NCBI RefSeq assembly: GCF_006345805.1
Contig: NC_043005.1
Span: forward strand, 50,840,001-50,904,000
From: Octopus sinensis
Taxonomy: Eukaryota
Length of the DNA: 64,000 nt
Reading direction: 5' to 3'
Made by a program: the position numbers and the translations under genes. Each line of letters starts with the position of its first letter. Position 1 is the first letter of the stretch. Positions 51,894-64,000 of this stretch are shown one piece after another. The notes under the pieces were generated by a model, which worked only from the letters and a program-made list of their open reading frames with translations, was not told where the DNA came from and made no database searches.

Positions 51894-52499
51894 GTATGTA
51901 TGTATGTATGTATGTATGTATGTATGTATGTATGTATGTATGTATGTATGCATGAATGTATGTCATTGTTCAGTTTATTTCAAAATTTCTTGCCAATAGA
52001 GAAAGAGCCGTTCTCTAACCTAGATCCAAAGTTCCTTCATTGGAATTTCAACATCAACAACAGGGTGTTTTTGTTTGTATGTATATGTGCAGATTTATGT
52101 TTTGTTTTATGTATGTATTCCCATGCATATAGTCGCATATCTAGACGTACTCATATATATTTAAATGACAAACTTCTGGAAAGTTTTACAGATTTTTACA
52201 GTTGCAGTGATGGATTGGATCTGTAGTCTTCGAATTTCCTTTCTCTTTTCTGGTTTTGAGAAGCCTAATTTCTCAAGATTGGTATTTAGGCAGTGTGTTG
52301 CATGTATGTATGTGCGTTTGTATGTATGTATGTATGCATGTATGTATGTATGTATGTATGTATGTATGTATGTATGTATGTATGTTTGCATGTATGTATG
52401 TATGTATGTATGTATGTATGTATGTATGCATGTATGTATATTAATTCCTTCAGAACGAAACAAACCTTTCGAAGCAGATTGTCACAAAACATCCGTTGC

Positions 52500-53385
52500 A
52501 CTTTACAGTGATATAATCGCTACCGCCACCACCGCCATCAGCATTACAGCAGTCCACCACCACCAATAACAACAACAACAACAACAATACAATTAACACT
52601 ACCATCAGCTCTATCCCTACTGTCAATTCGAATTGAATGTCGCCACCATCGTCATCCATCCATCCATCCATCCATCCATCCATCCATCAGGCAAACTACA
52701 CACAGCTATAATCAACAATGGGCTATGACAGCAGTTGTTCTAAAGCTTCCATTGTCACCGTGAAATATGTTCGCATTCCAATATCTCGGTTAGAACCAGT
52801 ATCAAAGCTGATACCACTGCCACCGCAGTAGGAAATAGAAGCACTAACTTACCGACCAAACCAATCAACCAACCAACCAAACAACGTAGCTACGATCATA
52901 GTTCCAGTTGTAGCAAAACAACATCGAAACCAATGCCACATGTACTAACAATAACCACTTATATATATACCACAGCCAATACTAGAATCACAATCATACC
53001 TGAAATCTACGACCGCCACTATACTATCGCCACCACCAGCTACCACTATCATCCAACACAGCCACGACTACCACCGCTACCGCCACCACTACCCTGTCAC
53101 TGCTACCGTCACCATCACCGAATCAGCCACTGCCACCGCCACCACGACCGCCACCAGCATCGTGATGATCATCACCACCACCATCACCGCCGCCACTACC
53201 ACTACTTCAACCACAACCACCACCACCACCGCTACTGTCACCGCTACCACCAACACCACCACTATTCTCATCACCACTGTTACACCCGCAAGCTACCACC
53301 ACCGCTACCATCACCACTACCACCACCATCACAACCACCACCACCATCAGCAACAACACAATCACTGCCGCCACCACCACCACCA

Positions 53386-53424
<39 letters not shown>

Positions 53425-54799
53425 TTACTACTACTACTACTACTACTACTGTTGCATGTATAACAATTCTCATCCACGTTTACAACCGCAAGCACTCTTA
53501 AAACTGCCGCCAACACAACAACATTACTGTTACCGCTGCTACTCTAATCACCACCACGTCTACTACATCCGCAACAATGACACGACTATTTCCACTTCTT
53601 CAGCAATCACACGCTTCCCCTCCCGCTCCCCACACATTCACTACTATAACAACAATAACAACAACAACAACAATAACAATATGAACTTCTACCGCTGCTG
53701 CAACAATACGTGCACCACTACCGCCGCCGCCACCACCACTACCAGCGTATAACAAAAATCACCACCAACAAAACTATCACCGCAACACCTACTTGTTTTA
53801 GTTGCACAACTACCACAACCAAAACCCACTACTATCACTGCTACCACCATTACAGTGACAACTGCTGCTACCACTTCCACCACCAACATTACTACAACCA
53901 CCCCTGCCATCACTACTGCTGCTACTACTACTACGACTACTACTAACCTACCACCACCATCATCACAACCACCACTACTACCACCACCACCACCACCACC
54001 ACTACCAACACTACCGCTGCTACCACTGCCACCACCACCACCAATACTACTACTATCACTACCACTACTACTACTACAATCCCCACCTCCACCACCACCA
54101 CTACTACTACCACCTACCACCACCACCTACTACTACTACTACTACAGCAACCTCAACAACATGTAAAAAAGGTGGCTTTAAGTTGTCCCTCACCATGCTA
54201 GAAATAGCAACTGGATATTCTCAAACCGCACTCTAGTATAAAGAAAATACTGAAACTAAAACTATACCGGCGTGGGGAATTGTCACATAGTGGGAGATGG
54301 TCATGACTGGAAGGCCTTTGACCATAGGTTTATTACATCATGGCCGATGAAGGGACTAAAACATCAACAACAACACTAAAAATGACCAATAACAATAACA
54401 CCTCATTGTATCTATAGCAACCGTAAACATCACCACCTCCACCACAACTACTACTACTACTGCTACTACTATACTACTACTACTACTACTATACTACTAC
54501 TACAACGACTACTACTATCACTACCACTACAATACCACAATATACTATATCCTTAGCAATGAAGATCTCTACCACTATTTCGCCTACTAAAACCACCACT
54601 ACCACCATCACCACTACTATTACTATTTCTACTACTATCACCGACACTACAACACCATTCACTGCATTTAAAGCAACGACGACGACCACCACTACCACCA
54701 TTACAACTACTACCGCTATTACTACAGCGACCACCATCACCGCCATTACTACTACTACTACTACTACTACTACTTCGACTACTACCACCACTACCATTT

Positions 54800-54843
<44 letters not shown>

Positions 54844-55350
54844 GCTACCACCACCATCAACTCCACCGCCACCACTACCCCACCACCACCAACAACAATA
54901 CTACTACTACTACTACTACCACTACCGCTACCACCAACAACAACACCACAGCCACCACTATCTCACCACCACCAACAACACTACTACTACTACTACTATT
55001 ACGACCACTGCTACCATTACACCATTCATTCCTCCAACTACATCTGTAGTAAGCGCAATCACCACCACAACTACTACCGGTACATTACCATTCACTCTAC
55101 AGTTAGTACTACATTGTAAACACCACTAACTACCACAACCGGTACAACACTGTCATATACACTCCACAGCAAGTACTATATGATAACCACTACAACCACC
55201 TCTAAATACCTCTAAACACCTGTACTTACTACATAGTAACCATAATTTCCAGCTACCATTAACTACTACCGCCGATACAACATTCTCATTCACTCCGCGA
55301 CTGATACTACGTCTCCCTGCTACAAGCATCACCACGACCACGAACACCAC
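52500..55350. repeat. ~2.8-kb strand-biased (ACC/ACT/ATC/AAC)n low-complexity domain
   Basis: Direct reading; all long ORFs here are poly-T/H/Y/P or poly-V/G translations. Confidence 0.92.
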
Positions 55351-56198
55351 CTTGAACTATAACCTATACATTAATTACAACATTGGAAGTTAAAGCTTTA
55401 TGCTTTACACTGTCACCGAAGCAGCTGTTTTCAAACAGCCATCTCAACTACACACACACACATACACGCACATACACATACACATACACACATGCAAATA
55501 CACAGACACATACACACAAGTACACACATACACACGCGCGCGCGCTCACACACCTACGCACGCACGCGCGCCTACCAGCAGCGCGCGCGCATTCACACGT
55601 TTTTCCCAGTTTATCTTCTCGTATTGTGGCTTGTACTTTTTCTTTGTAGCATTCTTCCAGTCAGTTTATTTTTTTCTATCCATCCATATATTTGCGTATG
55701 CGCGTATGTACACATGTCTGTGTGTGTGTTTGTGTGTGTGTTTATGTGAGAGAGAGAGAGAGAGAGAATGTTTGTGTACGTGTTAACCAGTGTACGTGCG
55801 TGCGTGCGCGCGAGTATTTTTCTAAATGCTAAAGGTGTTTCTCGTTTTCTTTGCCTCTCCCGCTCAATCTGCCTTCGCCCCCCTCTCCCTCTTCTCTATT
55901 TGTTTCCCACTCTCTCTATATATATAAATATACATACACATACACACACACGCATACACATACGTTTCACGCTACGTACCTACCCACATATTCCTCCATC
56001 CATTTAGCTATCTCTTAATGTATAGTTTTGTCAATGAATTCATCGACTCTAGAGTTTACGCACATACATACATAGATAAAATACATTCATACATCCATAC
56101 ATCCATCCGTCCATTCATCTATCCATCCATCCATACATATAGATGCAATGTATGTATGTATGTATGTATGTATGTATGTATGTAGTATCTATCTATCT

Positions 56199-56282
<84 letters not shown>

Positions 56283-56494
56283 AGAGAGATAGAAATATAG
56301 ATAGATAGATAGATGATAGATAGATATATAGATAGATAGATACATAGACTACATACATACATATATACATACATACATGTATGTATGTATGTATGTATGT
56401 ATGATGTATGTATCTATCTATCTATCTAGATAGATAGATAGATAGATACATACATACATACATACATACATCACATACATACATACATACTACA

Positions 56495-56525
<31 letters not shown>

Positions 56526-56527
56526 GC

Positions 56528-56722
56528 ATGTTGAATCGCTAGCTTCTGCACGCATTTTTTTTCTCTCCGTGTTTCTTTTCTGTGTATCTTTCTGTTGAAG
56601 AGCGTAGGCTCGAAACGTAAAAGACTTGTTCTATTTATATTCCTGAGCGCCATAATAATACAATTGTTTGTTTGTACTCCACCTGCCTTCGTCTTTTGTT
56701 TACTTTCATAAAGCTTCCCGTT
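56528..56722 (+). mobile_element. ~200-bp hammerhead-like element, copy 1
   Basis: tcttt-CTGTTGA(56592-56598)-A-GAGC/GTAG/GCTC-GAAA-CGTA-aaaga; flanked by (TACA)n and (TA)n. Confidence 0.8.
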
Positions 56723-56929
56723 ATATATATATATCTTTAGTAGAAGCAACAGAGTGACCCAAGGGCCATTTGATAAGTGCCAACACACGAAACTCTCTGC
56801 CTATGAGTCACTCTGTTACGTCTCCTAATAATAAAAGTATACAAATACTCATATTTTGAGTTTCACTTTTTCCTATTTGCATCACAAAACCCATATACAT
56901 ACATACATACATACATACATACATACAAT

Positions 56930-57349
56930 ATTTTACTCGTTTCAGTCGATTGAGCGACCATGCTGGAGCACCGCCTTTAATCGAAAAAATCGACCCCTGG
57001 ACTTATTCTTTGTAAGCCTAGTACTTATTCTATCGGTTTTGTTTTGCCGAACCGCTAAGTCACGGAGACGTAAACACACCAACATCGGTTGTCAAGCGAT
57101 GGTGGGAGTACAAACACAGGCACAAAGACACACGCATAAATATATATGTTGATTCGCTAGCTTCTGCACGCATTTTTTTTCTCTCCTTGTTTCTCTGTGT
57201 TTCTTTTCTGTGTATCTTTTTGTTGAAGAGCGTAGGCTCGAAACGTAAAAGACTTGTTTTATTTATATTCCTGAGCGCCATACTAATACAATTGTTTGTT
57301 TGTACTCCACCTGCCTTCGTCTTTTGTTTACTTTCATAAAGCTTCCCGT

Positions 57350-57381
<32 letters not shown>

Positions 57382-57535
57382 CACGACGGGCTTCTTTCAG
57401 TTTCCGTCTACCAAATTCACTCACAAGGCTTTGGTCAGGCCGAGGCTATAGAAAAAGGCACTTGCCCAAAGTGCCACGCAGTGAGACTGAACTCGGAACC
57501 ATGTGGTTGGGAAGCAAGCTTCTTACCACACAGAC
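56930..57535 (-). mobile_element. SINE family A interrupted in its central (TA)n by the ~200-bp element
   Basis: 3' half 56930-57140, 5' half 57380-57535. Confidence 0.88.
57146..57350 (+). mobile_element. ~200-bp hammerhead-like element, copy 2, nested in SINE A
   Basis: Near-identical to 56528-56722; core reads TTGTTGA. Confidence 0.85.
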
Positions 57536-58524
57536 ACGATATGAATTTATATGTATGCGAGTATAAGGTGCTTTAAATAAAGCTATTTTCGAAAGGTGTG
57601 AACGTTGGTGGTTAGTTCTACCTTGATTTTCCTCCTACTCAGACCCCTACTCCTCTTCCCGCCCTCTTCTTTCGTCCACAAAAACATACAAATATTCCAC
57701 GTTAGTACACATCGGATGCAAACGCGAACTTTCACCCACGTAGAGGTGCAATTCCTCTTATTAATGATGATGATGATGATGATGATGTGATGGCAATGAG
57801 GATGACGACGATGATGATGATGATGGTGCTTGTGCTGGTAGTGCTGCTGGTGGTGACGATGGTGTGAACATATATAAATAAATAACAGCAACATCATCAT
57901 CACAATCATCATCGTTTACATCATTATCATCATTCCTACCAACACCACCACCACCACCACCACCATCATCATCATTACCTTCACTATCATCATATTCACT
58001 ACCACCACCACCATTACTACAATATATACATAAGAGGATAGCGGCATTAGAATAGGGAATATACTAGTGTGTGCGTGCGTGTGTGTGTGTGTGCGCGCGC
58101 GCGCGTGTATGTATGTGTGTGTGTGTGTGTATTTGTGTGTGTATGTGTGTGTGTGTGTATGTGTGAGTGTGTATGCGCGTGTATGTATGTGTGTGTGTGT
58201 GTGTGTGTGGTGTTCTGAAAGGTAAAAGTCGATTAGGGTTGGATTTGAACATGCAATGACGAGAGACGGAACCAAATATATAATAAGTTCACAGCTCTAT
58301 CTTTGCCCACAGCTAATTCCTAACCAACGAAGGAACTTGCACACGGTGGCTCGGTGCGCTAGATATAGCAGCCAAATTTCTTTCAAATCACACCCTAGTC
58401 TCTTAAAGAAAAAAGAATGTTGCATTCAGCGTAGAGTCCTGAATGAAAAGACAATGAATAGTCAGAACTGGAAACCAATTGATTATAGGTCAACCCATTC
58501 AGAAATGACCAGAAGTTGAATTAT

Positions 58525-59468
58525 AATAACGGCCTCAAATTTTGGCGCAAGCCCAGCAATTATGGCGGAGGGGCTAAGTCGATGACATGAACCCAAGTGC
58601 TCAACTAGTACTTATTTTATCGACCTCGAAAGATGAAATGCAAAGCCTTTCCCGGCAGATTTTGAGCTCAGAACAAGAGACGGACAAAATGCCGCTAAGG
58701 ATTTTACTCGGCGTTGCCAACGATTTTGTCATCTCGCCGCCTTAGTGCTAAATTATAATAATGGTTTCATATTAGGTGGCGGGTGGGGGAGGTAATTTGA
58801 CATTGACAACTGGTGTTGCACTGGTACTCATCTCATCGAGCCTGAAAGGATAAAAGGCAAAGTCGACATCGGTGGAATTTGAACACAGAACGTAAAGATG
58901 TACAGAATGCCACTAAGTACTTTGGACGGAGTCTCTAACGATTCTGCCAGCTCGCCACTTTCATTCAACAGCTCAATAATGATAAATGTTTAGGCGACCT
59001 AGCAGAATCGTTCGCACCCTGGGCATCGATGTAATGGAATTAGCAACATACCCGAGATTGATGGCGTTGCGCCAAAATTTGAAATCAATAATAATAAATG
59101 CTTCTCACGTCGGCAAAGCTAGCAGGTTCGGAGGAGGGGATAAATCGTTAACGTCAACACCAGGGTTCAACAGCTACTTATTTTATCGTCCCAGTCGAAA
59201 GGCTGACTTGGGTGGAATTTGAACTCAGAACATGAAGACGCTAAGCATTTTGCCCGGCGCGATAATGATACTACCAGCTTGCCGCCTTAGCCCAAGGAAA
59301 TATTGGTTTCAGATTTTTTAACAAGGCCAGCATTTCGGGGGCGGGAGTAAATCGATTATATCGATGCCAGTCGACCTCGGTGGAATTTGAACTCAGAGCG
59401 TAAAAATAGACAAAATGCCGCTAAGCATTTTGACCGGCGTGCTAACGATTCTGGCAACTCGCCGCTTC
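58525..59468 (-). mobile_element. Cluster of about 5 SINE family B copies (four minus, one plus at about 58990-59095)
   Basis: Repeated gg(t/c)ggaatttgaac(t/a)cagaa...gctaagcattttg...cagctcgcc blocks at about 58525-58745, 58790-58960, 59120-59290 and 59310-59468. Confidence 0.82.
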
Positions 59469-59489
59469 AGTCCGAAGGAATACTCTTTT

Positions 59490-59679
59490 TCTCTTTTACT
59501 CTTTTACTTGTTTCAGTCATGTGACTGTGGCCATGCTGGAGCACCGCCTTTAGTCGAGCAAATCGACCCTAGGACTTATTCTATCGGTCTCTTGTGCCGA
59601 ACCGCTAAGTTACAGGGGCGTAAACACACCAACATCGGTTGTCAAGCGATGTTGGGGAGACAAACAGACGCACAAACAT

Positions 59680-59725
<46 letters not shown>

Positions 59726-59884
59726 GACGGGCTTCTTTCAGTTTCCGTCTACCAAATCACAAGGCCTTGGTCAGCCCGAGGCTATGGTAGAAGACACTTG
59801 CCCAAGGTGCCACGCAGTGGGAGTGAACCCGGAACCATGTGGTTCGTAAACAAACTACTTACCACACAGCCACTCCTACGCCTA
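59490..59884 (-). mobile_element. SINE family A, near full length
   Basis: High similarity to 3561-3990. Confidence 0.9.
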
Positions 59885-59904
59885 TGATTGATTTAAAATT
59901 TTGG

Positions 59905-60045
59905 AACAAGACTTATCAAGTTCGGGGGAGGGGCAAATCGATTACATCGACCCCAGGCTAAAAGGCTAAAATGGCAAAGTCAACTTTGAACTCAGAAAGT
60001 AAAGACGCTAAGTATTTTTCCCGGCGTGCTGACGATTCTATCTTC
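59905..60045 (-). mobile_element. SINE family B, deleted copy
   Basis: atcgattacatcgacccc...ggcaaagtcaactttgaactcagaaagtaaag...cccggcgtgctgacgattc. Confidence 0.75.
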
Positions 60046-60285
60046 TCCGAAGAAATATTGGAAAGCGTTTTCTCCGACACTCAAAACCATTTATGGTCAA
60101 ACTACGGCCCGCCAGATAAACCTTGTCTCATGCTGCCCGCTCTTCGGCAAAAGAAAAAAGAGTTGCCCAATCCTGCTCTAAAAATGTAACCACTCCAACG
60201 CTTTAATAATTGTTTCTGATATCGATACGTATCTATGTTATATATATATGTATATATATGCATGTATGTATGTATGTATATGTGT

Positions 60286-60835
60286 TTGCGTCTTTGCGGC
60301 TGTGTTTGTCCCCCTCTACCGTTTGGCAACCTTTACGGGGTTTTTATTCGAAGAAATCGACACCATTGACACCAGAACTTCTTTGTAAGCCTAGTACTTA
60401 TTCTATCGGTCATTTTGCCAAACCGCTAAATTACAGGGACGTAAACAGACCAACATCGGTTGTCAAGCGATGGTGGGGAGACAAACACAAACACAAAGTC
60501 ACACACACGCATAAATATATACATATATATATATATACATATTATATATGTATTATATATTATAATATATATATATAATACATATATACATATATACATA
60601 TATATACATATATACATATATACATAATATATATATATATATATATATATAATATGTATATATGTATATATGTATATATATATATGTGTAATATAATGTG
60701 TGGTGTGGAATGACGGGATTCTTTCAGTTTCTGTCTACCAAATCTTCTCACAAGTCTTTAGTCGGCCCGATGTTATAGTAGAAGGACACTTGCCCAAGGT
60801 ACGACGCCCGTGGGACTGAACCTGGAACCATGCCT
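60286..60835 (-). mobile_element. SINE family A (minus) preceded by a short plus-strand fragment of the same family
   Basis: tgtgtttgtccccctctaccgtttggcaacc (+) abuts gtacttattctatcgg...ggttgtcaagcgatggtgggg...tttcagtttctgtctacc...gaacctggaaccatg (-). Confidence 0.8.
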
Positions 60836-60942
60836 CAGAGTGAATAAAATATTTATAAATACTTAATCCATAATCGCCCATATTCCCGAAGGGCCATAAA
60901 AGAAACAAAATATATTTTGTCAGACTAACGATTACGGATTAA

Positions 60943-60986
<44 letters not shown>

Positions 60987-61066
60987 TTTATATATATATA
61001 TGTAATGTCTGTGTGTGTATATATATATACACATACATACATAAAAATGCGCATGTATATATAATT

Positions 61067-61118
<52 letters not shown>

Positions 61119-61234
61119 CACGCATTCACAATCTCAAACATACATACATGTATGTACATTATATGTGCGTGTGTGTGTGTGTGTTTGATGTGTGTGTGTG
61201 TGTGCGTGCATGTATGTATATCTATAGATAAAAG

Positions 61235-61635
61235 TCTTCTACTATAACCGGGAGCCGACCAAGACTTTCTGAATGAATTTGGTAGGCGGAAACTGAAAGA
61301 AGCCTGTCGTATATATGTGTCTGTATATATGTGTGTGTGTGTGTGTTCGTGTGTGTTTGTATGTGCGTGTGTGTGTGTATGTAGGTATGTTTTTATGTAT
61401 CTATGTATATACGCACGTATGTATGTATGTATGCATGTATGTATATGGGTTTGTGTCTTTGTGTCTGTGTTTGTCAACTGATGTTCGTTTGTTTACGTTC
61501 CCGTAACCTAGCGGTTCGACAAAAGGGTACTTTGAAATATATACTAGGCTTTAAAAAAGTCCTGGGGTCGATTTGTTTGACTTAAAAAACCCCTGAAGGT
61601 GGTGCTGCAGCATGGCCGCAATCAACTGGCTGACA
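61235..61635 (+). mobile_element. SINE family A lacking its head
   Basis: ctactata...ggtaggcggaaactgaaagaagcctgtcg...cctagcggttcgac...gcagcatggccgca. Confidence 0.8.
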
Positions 61636-61944
61636 CACATATATACACTCACATTCATAAATATATATTACATATGTACTATATATAACATATTATGTAC
61701 ATTTTAAACACATGCGTGTGCGCTCTCCTTTGCCACACGCACACACACACATACACACACGATGTTGCAAACATACAACATGATGGGGGCGGGGCAATGA
61801 TATATAAGTGTATTTGTGTGTATGTATGTGTGTGTGTGAGTGTGTGCGTGTGAGTGAAATATGTTGACAAAAAACATGGAAACAAACAATAAAAATATAC
61901 ACATCATTGCCAATATTATTGACATCATCATCATGATACATATA

Positions 61945-63347
61945 TACATACATATATGTATATATGTATCATGTATATATGTATATATATGTATCATGTA
62001 TATATGTATCATGTATGTATGTATATATGTATCATGTGTGTATGTATATATGTATCATGTATATATGTATCATGTATATATGTATCATGTATATATGTAT
62101 CATGTATGTATATATGTATCATGTGTGTATGTATAATATATCATGTATATATGTATCATGTGTGTATGTATATATGTATCGTGTATATATGTATCATGTA
62201 TATATGTATCATGTATATATGTATCATGTATATATGTATCATGTATGTATATATGTATCATGTGTGTATGTATAATATATCATGTATATACGTATCATGT
62301 ATATATGTATCATGTGTGTATGTATATATGTATCATGTATGTATGTATATATGTATCATGTATACATGTATATATGTATATATGTAACATGTGTGTATGT
62401 ATATATATGTATCATGTATATATGTATCATGTATGTATGTATATATGTATCATGTGTGTATGTATATATGTATCATGTATATATGTATCATGTATATATG
62501 TATCATGTATATATGTATCATGTATGTAATATGTATCATGTGTGTATGTATATATATATCATGTATATATGTATCGTGTGTATGTATATATGTATCGTGT
62601 AATATATGTATCATGTATATATGTATCATGTAATATGTATCAGGTATATATGTATCATGTATGTATAATGTATCATGTGTGGGTATGTATAATATATCAG
62701 GTATATACGTTCATTAATAGATGTATCATGTGTGTATGTATATATGTATCATGTATGTATGTATATATGTATCATGTATACATGTATATATGTATATATG
62801 TAACATGTGTGTATGTATATATATGAATCATGTATTATGTATATATGTATCATGTGTGTATGTATACATGTATCATGTATATATGTATCGTGTATATATG
62901 TATATATGTATCATGTGTATATGTATCATGTATAATATGTATCATGTATATATGTATATATGTATCATGTGTGTATGTATACATGTATCATGTATATATA
63001 TGTATCATGTGTGTGTGTATATATGTATCATGTATATATGTATATATGTATCTTGTATATATGTATATATGTAACATGTGTGTATGTATGTATGTATCAT
63101 GTATGTATGTATATATGTATCTTGTATATATGTATATATGTATCTTGTATATATGTATATATGTAACATGTGTGTATGTATGTATGTATCATGTATGTAT
63201 GTATATATGGATCTTGTATATATGTATATATGTATATATGTAACATGTATGTATGTATTATCATGTATATATGTATCATGTGTGTATGTATATATGTATC
63301 ATGTGTGTATGTATACATGTATCATGTATGTATGTATATATGTATCA
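61945..63347. repeat. 1.4-kb tandem array based on ATGTATATATGTATC (15-mer) and longer variants
   Basis: Direct reading; explains all MYHVY/MYICI pseudo-ORFs at 61.9-63.5 kb. Confidence 0.93.
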
Positions 63348-63957
63348 TAACTACAGCAACGGAATTATCAGAACCGGAACTCTTAATCTCGTCCTCATCT
63401 TTTTCGCCGTCGTTGTCGTCGGCAACGTCATCAACGACATCATTTTCATTATCATTACATTTCTGATCAAAACGATAAATTTAAACAAACAACCAAAAAA
63501 CAACAACAGTGAGAACAGCATGGCGACAAACTATGACAGCAACAACTCCAACAACAACAACAACAACAACAAGAATGATATCAACAATAATTGAGACAGA
63601 GGCGATGGTAGCGGTGCTGAGAATGAAGTTGGTGAAGACGGCATGTGTGTCTCTATTGACAGGTAGCGGCAAGATGCCGACGACAACGTACTCGTTGGTG
63701 GTGGAGGTTGTCGGAGAAGGTAGCAGTAAAAAGTAGCAGCGACGGCGGTGCTAGTTGTGTTGATGATGGTGATGGTGGTGGTGGTGGTCGCAAACTCGAC
63801 GAAAGAATCCTATTTTTTTTTTTTTCCATTAGTGGAGTGACATGTGTTCGCGGAGAATGTGATGCTACTGTGCTGTGGCATGTCTTACAATATGGTAGCA
63901 TATTCTTTTTTCTTTTGCATGTATGTTTGTGAGTATGTGTATGTATGCGTGTGGTGG

Positions 63958-64000
63958 AGGTGAGCTTGGAGAAACGTTAAGCACGCCGGACAAAAATGCT
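63958..64000 (+). mobile_element. SINE family B 5' end, running off the window
   Basis: gtgagcttggagaaacgttaagcacgccggacaaaaatgct. Confidence 0.65.

Noticed and set aside
48525-55119. Mucin-like Thr/Pro-rich ORFs (48525-48968, 53855-54166, 54559-55119)
   Set aside because: Open in multiple frames because of ACC/ACT repeats; no signal peptide, splice support or flanking domains
46600-63347. CRISPR-like or other prokaryotic repeat arrays
   Set aside because: The tandem repeats lack unique spacers and the sequence is clearly eukaryotic; no bacterial-type operons or contamination seen

Overview
Eukaryotic, AT-rich, extremely microsatellite- and transposon-dense 64-kb window. The tRNA-headed SINE families, the (TA)n/(CA)n/(TATG)n/(GATA)n density and the trinucleotide low-complexity tracts fit an octopus (coleoid cephalopod) genome; this is pattern recognition, not a database match. 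I found no host protein-coding gene I can name. Almost all ORFs in the supplied track are microsatellite translations or TE fragments, and only a few weak splice-flanked exon candidates exist. Supported content: about 35 SINE copies from 4 families, 3 CR1-type and 2 RTE-type LINE fragments, a mariner 3' remnant plus 4 mariner-type MITEs, a hAT-type MITE with an 8-bp TSD, a Helitron 3' end, an internally deleted Gypsy element with one intact 190-bp LTR (28502-30580), and a 5'-truncated Penelope-like element (PLE, probably Naiad-type) with a GIY-YIG ORF, tandem 3' repeats, a hammerhead ribozyme (HHR) with an intact catalytic core, and 124-bp inverted terminal arms (33497-36289). The most interesting theme is several unrelated short (TA)n-associated elements that each carry a hammerhead-like motif, often with a decayed U-turn but a preserved stem II/GAAA/short stem III, some of them inside fold-back duplications. 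SINE and low-complexity boundaries are approximate (about +/-10-20 bp).
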